A stretch of 64,000 bases of DNA from Podarcis erhardii (taxonomy: Eukaryota): NCBI GenBank assembly GCA_964252035.1, contig OZ176211.1. One strand, written 5' to 3'. Of the stretch, positions 12,216 through 22,582 are shown in pieces. Both the position numbers and the translations under genes were made by a program. The notes beneath the pieces were generated by a model. It made no database searches. It saw nothing but the letters and a program-made list of their open reading frames with translations, and was not told where the DNA came from. Numbering within the stretch: position 1 is the stretch's first letter; every line of letters begins with the position of its first letter.

Positions 12216-12895
12216 CTGTTATAAAGAATGACAAGTATAAAAAATATCAAACTGAAGGGCTGGTTATTTTATTTCTTACATTTATATATCACCTTTCTTT
12301 TCCAAGGATCTCAAGATGGTGTACATGGTTCTTCTCCTCCCCATTTCATCCTCACAACCACTCTGTGAGGTAGGTTATTCTGGTGACTGGCCCAAGGTCA
12401 CCCAGTGAACTTCATGGCTAAGTGAGGACGCGCTTTAAGAAGTGCCTGGAAGTTCAGGTTCATGGGAGATACATGGTTTTTTATTTGTGACGTTGAGTAA
12501 AATAGTTTTTTAGAAGTACTCCTGTATTGGAATTAACTCCACTTTTTTCAAGACACATGCAGAAAGAGAAAATAATAAGCAGTTTTGCGAAGTATAATAA
12601 GCATATGGAGAATTTGCTCCATATTTAACATCTTCTCTCAGTATCATGAACAATTACAAAGTGCTTGTATTGGTCGGCATTCTGGTCATATGTAAGGGAA
12701 AGAGAAAATGAGTGCAAGCCCAAAGAAAGAAAAATCATCATTTGTACCAATAGGGTATTTTTTCCAACGGCTCCCCTCTCTGCATGCTGCCTTCCTGATA
12801 TGGATTATCTGGTCCCATGTCTGTGATTAAGAATAAATTAGCTGTGATTTTAAAATCGGAGTAGACAAATTCACAGAGGTTAAGGCTATCAATTA

Positions 12896-13242
12896 GGGAC
12901 GCAGGTGGCACTGTGGGTTAAATCACAGAGCCTAGGGCTGGCCGGTCAGAAGGTCGGCGGTTCAAATCCCCGCGACGGGGTGAGCTCCTGTTGTTCGGTC
13001 CCTGCTCCTGCCCACCTAGCAGTTCAAAAGCACAAAGTGCAAGTAGATAAATAGGTACCGCTCCGGTGGGAAGGTAAACGGCATTTCCGTGTGCTGCTCT
13101 GGTTTGCCAGAAGCGGCTTAGTCATGCTGGCCACATGACCTAGAAGCTGTATGCTGGCTCCCTCAGTCAGTAAAGCAAGATGAGCGCCACAACCCCAGAG
13201 TCGTCCATGACTGGACTTAACGGTCAGGGGTCCCTTTACCTT
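12896..13242 (+). mobile_element. Full-length Sauria-type SINE
   Basis: Same family sequence; TSD ttaaggctatcaat at 12880-12893 and 13243-13256. Confidence 0.93.
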
Positions 13243-13364
13243 TTAAGGCTATCAATGCCATTCTACAATGAATATCTAATTGTAGAATATCTAAAGAACT
13301 ATTTTAGTTCCATGAAAATGCGAACAGGATTTGAAATATGAGCAACAGTAGAACAACATTAAGG

Positions 13365-13367
<3 letters not shown>

Positions 13368-13408
<41 letters not shown>
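13368..13408. repeat. (AAT)n microsatellite
   Basis: Read directly; adjacent to the tail of an L2 fragment. Confidence 0.95.
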
Positions 13409-13409
<1 letters not shown>

Positions 13410-13584
13410 TACTATTATTTTAAAATGGATACCCTGCTCATCTGGCTGGGTTTCCCAAGCCACTCTGGGCAGCTTCAGGGTACATATAAAAACATAATAA
13501 AACATCAAACATTAATAACTTCCCATACAGGGCTGCCTTCAGATGTCTTCTAAAAGTTCATATGGAAGATGTACACAATGGAAC

Positions 13585-14057
13585 ACCGTGACGGAAACCA
13601 GAGCACACGTAAACACTGTTTACCTTCCCACCAAAGAGGTATCTATTTATCTACTTGCACTGGTATGCTTTTGAACTACCGTGGTACTTTGTTTGTTGAA
13701 CTTAATCCGTTCCAGGAGTCCGTTTGACTCCTGGAACAGTTTGAAAACCAAGGCGTGGCTTCTGATTGGCTGCAGGAGCTTTCTGCACTCAATCGAAAGC
13801 CGGGGAAGCCATGTCAGGCATTCAGCTTCCAAAAAATGTTTGCAACCCAGAACACGCATTTCCGGGGTTGCGACATTTGGGAGCCAAAATGTCTGGGTAC
13901 CAAGGCATTCAACAACCGAGGTACAACTGTACTAGGTTGGCAGCTGGGACAGAACAAAGCGGGGTGCTCACCCATCACGCAGATTCGAAATGCCGACCTT
14001 CCGATCGGCAAGCCCAAGAGGCTCGGTGGTTTAGACCACATCACCACCCGCTTCCCA
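13585..14057 (-). mobile_element. Diverged Sauria-type SINE interrupted by a Tc1/mariner MITE at 13679-13929
   Basis: SINE sequence lies on both sides of the MITE and is continuous across a TA duplication. Confidence 0.8.
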
Positions 14058-14168
14058 ACTCTTAACTAATGCATTCTACTGCTACTGTATGTGTAGAATT
14101 CTACACAGGAGATAATGAACAGGTGGAAATATTTATATATTTTAAAATAACAAGATTAACACTTTTAC

Positions 14169-14361
14169 CTTCCTCAGTTTTGCCACTTTCAATGTAAGGC
14201 GTTAGAAAGAGCGGTTTTCCGGGGTCTCCTTCCGACGGCGCTCCGTACTTTATTCCCCGAAAAGCCCTTCGGAACACACTCCATCGCTCCTGGGTGAGGA
14301 CTAGCTCCAAGCTCAAGCTCAGACTGAGCAAAGCCAGCAAGACCCGAGTTATCTTGTCCAT
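14169..14361 (-). CDS. CPVL: CPVL first coding exon (signal peptide, ...GDPGKPLFLTPYIESGKTEE)
   Basis: Translation MDKITRVLLALLSLSLSLELVLTQ...PLFLTPYIESG resembles the CPVL N-terminus (PLFLTPYIEAG). ATG at 14361 in aagATGG context; AG acceptor at 14379-14378; GT donor at 14168-14167; 193 nt, phase 1. Confidence 0.95.
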
Positions 14362-15389
14362 CTTTTCATCCAGTTACCTTAGAATAAATCAGATTAAAGC
14401 ACAATTTTAAACATCCACTGCTGCGGCTTCGTAAAGTCTGTCTAGATCTTCCCCTCCCCTCAATAGTAGCTCTGGGATGTTATGCAACATCTACCTCAAA
14501 GTTAAGTGCTTTCCCGTCTCTGTTCCTTCTCACAGCTGAGAAAGCAGAAGAGGATACAAGCGCTGCATTTTAACAAACGCAACTAAGGGTTTGTTCACAT
14601 GGGTGGCTTAAAATGCAACTAAGTCATTTTCCCCTGCTGTGTGTCAATCTGCATTTGCAGAGTGTTGTTCGCATGGGATAGCAGGTGGGGATACCCAATA
14701 TGCATAATAATAATAATTTTGTTATTTACATGCCGCCCATCTGACTGGGTTGCCCCAGCCATTCTGGGCCGCTCCCAACAGAATATTAAAAGCACAATCA
14801 AACATCAAAAACTTCCCTGAAGGGCTGCCTTCAGGCATCTTCTAAAAGTCAGATAGATCGCCCCCCCCCCCCGCAGCCCCTCCACAATTCCCATTCATGA
14901 AGCTCTCATCTGTGCATGCGCAACCGCTGTCTCAAATTTGCGCGCCATTCTGTAGTACACAGCAAGTGCAGCTGAAGTTTTCTAATCGGATTGAAGCTGG
15001 TATTTGTTGAGTAACTACAGGATTGATAATGGGTCATACGTCATGTGAATGCGGCTTCAAAAACTAGAAGTGGGAGAGCACCAAGATGTGGAGTACCCGG
15101 TAATGTGAACATATTCAAAGACTGCAGTTATAACTCCCCTTTCTGGGAGCGAGCACCATTGAATTCAGCAGGGCTTAATTCTGCGCAGACGTGGTTAGGA
15201 CTGAAAGACTGTGCATCCTGTTAAGAGTATACAGAGACGGAATAGGAAAATATGTGGTGATCAACCAAGACTGCAATTTAAAGCCCCTCACTAGAAAACT
15301 GATGTGTTTGTTTCCAGGTTTTGGATTGGCCCTGTCTACCAATGCATGGAGGGGAACAAGCAATGGGGGTGTAGAGAAGGTGGGGCCAA

Positions 15390-15745
15390 GGTAATAAATA
15401 ACAACAACAATACTTATACCCCGCCCATCTGGCCAGGCCTCCCCAGTCACTCTGGGTGGCTCCCAACAGAATATTAAAAACACAATAAAACATCAAACAT
15501 TAAAAACTTCCCTAAACAGGGCTGCCTTCAGATGTCTTCTAAAAGTCAGATAGTGTTTATTTCTTTGACATCTGGTGGGAGGGCATTCCACAGGGTGGGT
15601 GCCACTACCGAGAAGGCCCTCTGCCTGGTTCCCTGTAACCTCACTTCTCGCGGTGAGGGAACCACCAGAAGGCCCTCAGAGCTGGACCTCAGTGTCTGGG
15701 CTGAACTATGGGGGTGGAGACGCTCCTTCAGGTATACAGGTACTT
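15390..15745 (-). mobile_element. L2-type LINE 3' fragment (others: ~175-418 +, 13417-13555 -, 14699-14857 -, 33845-34010 -, 45040-45140 +)
   Basis: Shared 3' end gggctgccttcagatgtcttctaaaagt and ccagtcagatgggcgg...aataaa; the copy near 175-319 encodes LWNASPSDVK...TFRRHLKA, typical of L2 C-termini. Confidence 0.7.
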
Positions 15746-17186
15746 ATCCCCACTCTATCACACAATTCTAATTGCATAGGAGGGAGATGAAAGACTGATG
15801 AGGGCTCAGGCAGTCACCAACAACTGAGGCAAGAAAGTACACAAGCAGATGGGTTGGGAAACGGCAGTATTTCATTTCCTTCTCCCCAAGCCCAACAATT
15901 ACAGAGAGTACCTGGTTAATTCCAAACAGGATTTCAAAAGGAGAAATCTATACAAGTCATACCAGAAAGGAAAGGGTTTTCTATCAGCAGCTGCAGAAGC
16001 AGAATTACTTTTTCGGAGACGTCCTGCGTAAGCCCAGTTGCAGCTGGAGAGACCAAAGTTAAATCAATGGCACTTCCAAGTGTACACAGAGTTCGTGCAG
16101 CAAATAAGTGCTTTCTGCTGCAAAAGCAGGCTGAACTTTTCTTTAACCTAGTTCTAAATTGATTTTCAAGCATTACAGATCTATACAATGCAGACTGGCT
16201 GTTAGTCACACATTTCAACTCAGAGCAGGATGACCTCTGAAGCCTCTACTCTCTCCCACGTCCTAATGCCAGCCTTAGAGAGAACAATCGCTGAAGGAAG
16301 TCGGGCGTGCTTTGTTGTTTCCCTATAACAAGACAGAGCTTTTTGGTGCTTTTATGCAAAGGAGAAAATGTGTAACTAGAAGGTAGCAACAGTAAGAACT
16401 ACCCAAGGGCTGTTTCTCACATTACAGGCAATATGAGTATTGCACTGGAGCCACATCTCTAGGGTTACTGTCCCGACATAATGCTACTGGCCCAATTAGA
16501 ATTTCACCCTTCTGACTAGCTACCAGAATTGGAGGATGCAAAGCTAGAAAAAAAATCTAGCTGAGCCATTCTAGCTGCTAGCACACCAGAACCTACCTTA
16601 TACAGGTTCGTACCTCGGAAGTCGAACGGAAACTGTTCCGGAAGTCCGTTCGACTTCCAAAATGTTTGGAAACCAAGGCATGGCTTCCGAAGCTCCTGCA
16701 GCCAATCGGAAGCTGCGCTGGAAGTTCGGGTTCCAAAGAATGCTCGCAAACTGGAACACGCACTGTTGAGTTTGTGGCGTTCGGGATCCAAAGCATTCAA
16801 CACGCAAGGCATTTGGGATCCAAGCCACGACTGTAATGAGTTAAGACTCTCTAGCCCAGTATTGTCTTCACAGACTGGCAGCTGTACTCCATGGTTTCAA
16901 GCAGGGCATCTGAAAGCCAGCAAAGCAGGTCTTTGCAGGGCTCACAGCAAATATGGTATCTGGTTCCTTCAGCATTAGGAGCTGCTTTTGTAGCTGGAGT
17001 CAGTCTGCCTGGTGACTGGTCAGCTGTTTATTTGTGTTTGACACTGGGTTCCAGCCCTAAGAAACAGACCCAGGTGACATCCATTATAGCCACCTTCCCT
17101 TTCGTTCCTCCTTCCCCCTGTATATTTAACTTCATACCTCAGCATTAAAAAAGGCTCTCCTATCCTACAATAAGGGACGCGGGTGG

Positions 17187-19772
17187 GTGACATCACTCGA
17201 AGTAGATGGGAAGTTTATTAATAAACCAAATGAGATAAGTAATTGTTTTCAAAGTTTTTTCAAGAAACTGTATAAACAAGGGCCAAAAAATGAACAAGAG
17301 ATAGAAGAATTTATTGAAAAATACGGCCTGCCAAAAATTTCGGAAAAAAACAGAAGGAGTTTGAATGAGAAAATTACAGATCAAGAAATAGAGAGTGCCA
17401 TTCAGGATATGCAACTAGGGAAATCACCAGGACCAGATGGACTAACTGCGAGATACTATAAAGCATTGAAGGAATGGTTAGTACAACCATTGAAAGAAGT
17501 TTGCAACCAAATCTTGGAGGGGAAAAAGGCTCCCGAATCGTGGAAGGAAGCATTCATCTCACTTATACCGAAGACAGAAACTGAGAAACATCAAGTTAAG
17601 AACTACCGCCCTATATCACTTCTGAATGTGGATTATAAAATTTTTGCAGACATTTTAGCAAAAAGATTTTAAAAAGTTTTGTTAGAGGAGATTCACAGGG
17701 ACCAAACAGGCTTTCTTCCAGGTAGACAATTGTCAGACAATGTGAGGAACATTATAGACATTTTGGAACTTCTGGAAACTGACATAAATAGAAAAGCTGT
17801 GTTGATTTTTGTGGATGCAGAGAAAGCCTTTGACAATATTTGCTGGAGTTTTTTGAAGAGGAATCTCCAAGGGATGGGGGTAGGCAAAAACTTTGAAAAC
17901 GGTATAGGTGCAATATATTCTGAGCAAAAGGCTAAACTAATTGTAAATGGTATGGTCATGGACGAGATTCCAATAGAGAAAGGGACACGACAGGGATGCC
18001 CAATATCCCCCCTATTGTTTATATCGGTACTGGAGGTTTTCCTGAATATGATTAGAAGGGACCAGCTGGTTAAAGGAATACAGGTCGGAACTAAACATTA
18101 TAAGTTAAGAGCATTTGCAGATGATCTAGTTTTGACATTGCAACAGCCAGAAGCCAGTACAAAAAGAGTTTTGGAATTAATTGAAATATTTGGTCAAGTA
18201 GCAGGTTTCAAATTAAATAAACATAAGACAAAGGTGTTGGAAAAAAATCTAACGATGGGGGAAAAAGATAGTTTCCAAAGAGAAACCGGTTTGGAAATTG
18301 CAAAAAGAGTAAAATATCTGGGGGTGAATTTAACATCTAAGAATGTGAACTTATTTAAAGATAATTATGAGAAATGTTGGTTGGAAGTGAAGAAAGATTT
18401 CAATATATGGTCTAGGCTGAGACTTTCCTTGTTAGGCCGAATTGCTGTTATCAAGATGAATGTATTGCCGAGATTGTTATTTTTATTCCAGACATTGCAA
18501 ATTTTAGACAAGATGGACTGTTTCAAGAAGTGGCAGAAAGATATATCTAAATTTGTCTGGCAGGGCAAAAAACCCAGAATAAAATTTAAGATTTTGACTG
18601 ATGCAAAGGATAGAGGGGGCTTTGCCCTGCCGGACTTAAAACTTTACTATGAAGCAGCAGCTTTTTGCTGGCTGAAACCATGGCTACTTCTTGAGAATAC
18701 AGATATTCTGGATCTCGAAGGTTATGATAACAACTTTGGTTGGCATGCATATTTATGGTATGACAAGGTAAAGGTACATAGAAACTTTAAAAACCATATT
18801 GTCAGGAAAGCACTGTATAATGTATGGAATCGATATAAAGATTTGTTAGAGAGTAAAACCCCCAGGTGGTTGTCACCAATGGAAGCCAAGGCGGTAAAAA
18901 GACTGAACATGGATTCAGACTGGCCAAAATATTGTGAAATTATAGAATATGATGGTGAAAAGTTGAAACTACAGAGTTTTGAGAAATTGAAACCTAAAGT
19001 CCGAGACTGGTTACATTATTACCAGATTAATGAGACCTTTAAGCAGGACAGGAAACTAGGATTCCAGAAGGAGAGGTCAAAGTTAGAAACAGAATTGCTA
19101 GAACCCAATACTAAGAATTTGTCTAGAATGTATAATTTGCTGCTAAAATGGAACACACAGGATGAAACGGTTAAATCAGCCATGATTAAGTGGGCACAAG
19201 ATATTGGTCATGATATTATGTTTGCTGACTGGGAGCAGTTATGGACCACAGGTATTAAATTTACGGCATGTAGTGCCTTAAAAGAGAATATAATGAAAAT
19301 GATCTATAGGTGGTACATGACCCCAGTCAAGCTTGCAAAGATATATCATTTGCCCAATAACAACTGTTGGAAGTGTAATGAATGCGAAGGAACTTTTTAT
19401 CATCTTTGGTGGACCTGCCCGAAGATTAAGGCCTACTGGGAAATGATCTATAATGAAATTAAGAAAATCCTTAAGTGGACATTTGTAAAGAAACCGGAGG
19501 CTTTTCTCTTGGGCATGGTAGGCCAAATGGTTCCAAAGAAAGATAGAACATTTTTTATGTACGCAACAACAGCAGCAAGAATTCTTTTGGCAAAGTATTG
19601 GAAGACTAAAGAATTACCTACTCTGGAAGAATGGCAGACCAAGGTGACTGAATTTATGGGACTGGCAGAGATGACCGGCAGAATCCGTGACCAGAGGAGA
19701 GAGACAGTGGAAGAAGACTGGAAAAAATTCAAAATCTATCTTAAAAATTGTTGTAAAATTTCGGAATGTTAA
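17187..19772 (+). pseudogene. L1 ORF2 remnant (no ORF1 or endonuclease), one in-frame TAA at 17670-17672
   Basis: ORFs 17187..17672 and 17679..19772 are in the same frame, separated only by the stop and two codons (KRF*KVLLEE). Confidence 0.93.
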
Positions 19773-19986
19773 GATGTCAAGGGATTGGATATAAAGAATT
19801 ACAGCTGTAAAAATTGAAACTTAAAAAACTTTAAAGAGAATTAAATATAAAAAGGGATGAAGGATTGCTAAAAAAATTTAAAACAAGAATGCAGTGAAGG
19901 GGAGGTTTGGGGAAGTTGTGTTATGTTTGTTTGTTTTTTGTTTATGTTGTAAAATTAATAAAAATTATTTTTTTTAAAAAAAAAAA
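17187..19986 (+). mobile_element. Young 5'-truncated L1 LINE (copy A), antisense in the CPVL 5' intron
   Basis: ORF2 fragment with RT motifs (PGPDG, YRPISLLNVDYKI, FVDAEKAFD, GTRQGCPISP, AFADD, YLGV) and C-terminal C-x2-C-x8-H-x4-C; 3' UTR, AATAAA at 19957-19962, A-tail; 15-bp TSD aagggacgcgggtgg at 17172-17186 and 19985-19999. Confidence 0.97.
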
Positions 19987-20341
19987 GGGACGCGGGTGGC
20001 ACTGTGGGTTAAACCACAGAGCCTAGGGCTTGCCGATCAGAAGGTCGGCAGTTCGAATCCCCGCAACGGGGTGAGCTCCCGTTGCTCAGTCCCTGCTCCT
20101 GCCAACCTAGCAGTTCGAAAGCACGTCAAAGTGCAAGTAGATAAATAGTTACTGCTCTGGCAGGAAGGTAAACGGTGTTTCCGTGCGCTGCTCTGGTTCG
20201 CCAGAAGCGGCTTAGTCATGCTGGCCACATGACCCGGAAACTGTACGCCGGCTCCCTCGGCCAGTAAAGCGAGATGAACACTGCAACCCCAGAGTCGTGC
20301 ACGACTGGACCTAATGGTCAGGGTCCCTTTATTTTTACCTT
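19987..20341 (+). mobile_element. Full-length Sauria-type SINE, host of L1 copy A
   Basis: Head gggacgcgggtggcactgtgggttaaacc, B-box-like ggttcgaatccc, (ACCTTT)-like tail; 13-bp TSD tatcctacaataa at 17161-17173 and 20342-20354. Confidence 0.93.
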
Positions 20342-22255
20342 TATCCTACAATAACAAAGCCTAAATACATGTAAAGCATTGAGCTGCCACTGCCTTTATA
20401 TCATTTGCCTTCCTCAGTACTGAATTTCAGATTGTAAGCTCCTCTGGGCAGGGACCTCTCCTTTTATACTTTGTAAAGCACCATGCCCAGAAATGACACT
20501 TTATCAATCTATGGGTGATGGACTGCTGGACACAGGACAATGCTGTACTGGGAAGCAAATCCAGTCCCCCTTCCCTTCATGCTCAGTTGAGGCCAGCTAG
20601 CATTATATCTAGATATGGTTTAATACTAGAAAAAGTATGCAAGAGAAAGCATTGTTAACTCACAGTGGAAATTACATTTATGAACTCTAAAGAGAGTCAT
20701 GTGCAATGCAAGCTGTGCCTCTATACTGAAAAGGCTAACAAATACATCGTCTTTTCTTGGCAATCTATTAGAACACTCCAGTGACAGTTGTCCAAAGTCG
20801 AACAGCTAATCAAAGGTTTAGAATTCAGAGAGAAATAGATTGGTGGAGGGGAAGAAATGGCAATATTTCTATTGTAGCAAAAGCAGAAGGATGCATTAGT
20901 TCCACACATATAAAACCAGTCAGCCACTCAGGCACACTTATAAAACAATGCCAGAATTTTCTCAATGGATGAGGAAACACATACAATGTTATCAGGCTAC
21001 CGCAGCCTTGCTGAATGGGGACTAGTGAACAGCCAGCCTGAAAGGGCATCCAAGACTCCATTTTCTTCCTGAAATGCCAAGTCCCCTCTCCATTGGACTA
21101 TACAGATATAGTAAACTTTACATCATCCCTTCAACCTGACTGCCTGTAAGCAGTTTTTTTGACACCTTTTTGACACCTATCGAATAGAGAAGGGGAGTTC
21201 TTTCACTAGGAATGGAAGGTGGTGCAGCTTGTACAAAGGAATGTTTCTTTCGTTTTTGCTTTCTTGCTCTAAAAAAGAGCTGACAAAAAATTAAACAGGG
21301 GGAAAAAAGTTTTATGGTCCTGAATCCTGCGAGAACATTATTATTTAGCAATGTGAAACCTGGCGGGTTTTTGCTGTTCTCACATACTTAGAAGCATGAC
21401 TCTCAAAAATGTTCACAACAAGCCAATACAATTTCTCCTGAATATATTATTATTACTTGATCACCTCCCATATATGTCCCAATGTGATGTATGAAATATA
21501 AGAAAAAGAGCCAAAAAATTACAAAAGAAAGAAAAAACTGGTCAGTTTCAAAACAATGCAAAATGGATAACTACGGCAGAGACCTTTTCATCTAGATGGG
21601 AAAGGCTGACAGAATAACTGCTTAATGTGTTCTAAAGCAGCTGCTGAGCATGTGTCTTCTCCTGTCTATGCAATTGTAAATCTACGATCAGAGAAGAGAG
21701 GGAGGAAACTATCCTACAGGAAGGCAAATCTTTAAATATTGGTATCAGTGAGAGATCAAATAGTGTAGGGCAAGTAAGAACTGCAACAAAATGTTGCAGT
21801 GCAAAGTGTTCCCGGCAGCCAACTATGCCATCTTAAATGATAGTCTATTTTGGGGTAAAGATGCACCTGCACCTTTGCATAGAAGAAGGAAATATCAACA
21901 GGTGAAACTTGAATTACAAGCTACCTCTTTTCCATTCTGGGGCAAGCAACATTCCATAGCCATTGAGGATGTCCCTAATTGAGCCGTTTGGGGTTTTTAT
22001 TTTGTACTTCTACGAACTCTTGAGGCTCCATCAATTCTGGGTGGTAGTGGTTTGGTAACATAAGGATCCACAGTTGGAAGATGGGTTTGAAATTCATGTC
22101 AGTTTACTCCCACTGTTTGAATTCCCTTAAAAGTCAAAAAGACCACAACAAGTGAATTAGTACTTTGATCTGCATCTCCTTAGAGAACAGGTTAGCCAGA
22201 AATTCTTGATTTCAAGGCAGCTGTTATTAGGCCATTATTCTTGGATCTTCTTGGC

Positions 22256-22582
22256 CAGGGGTCAGAAAACTTTTTCAGCAGGGGGCCAGTTGACTGTCCC
22301 TCAGACCTTGTGGGGGGCCAAAATTTTTTTGGGGGGGGGAGGGGGGAATGAACGAATTCCTATGCCCCACAAATAACCCAGAGATGCATTTTAAATAAAA
22401 GCACACATTTTACTCATGTAAAAACACCAGGCAGGCCCCACAAATAACCCAGAGATGCATTTTAAATAAAAGGACACATTCTACTCATGTAAAAACACGC
22501 TGATTCCTGGACCATCTGTGGGCCGGATTGAGAAGGCGATTGGGCCGGATCCGGCCCCCGGGCCTTAGTTTGCATACCCATG
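22256..22582. mobile_element. hAT (Charlie-like) MITE, same family (also 31834-32063; partial 53811-53989, 56298-56383, 58509-58651)
   Basis: 8-bp TSD ttcttggc at 22248-22255 and 22583-22590; internal duplicated ccacaaataacccagagatgcattttaaataaaag unit. Confidence 0.88.

Noticed and set aside
17193-19732. Short minus-strand ORFs opposite the L1 ORF2s (also 42068-43009)
   Set aside because: Antisense shadows of the L1 coding frame.
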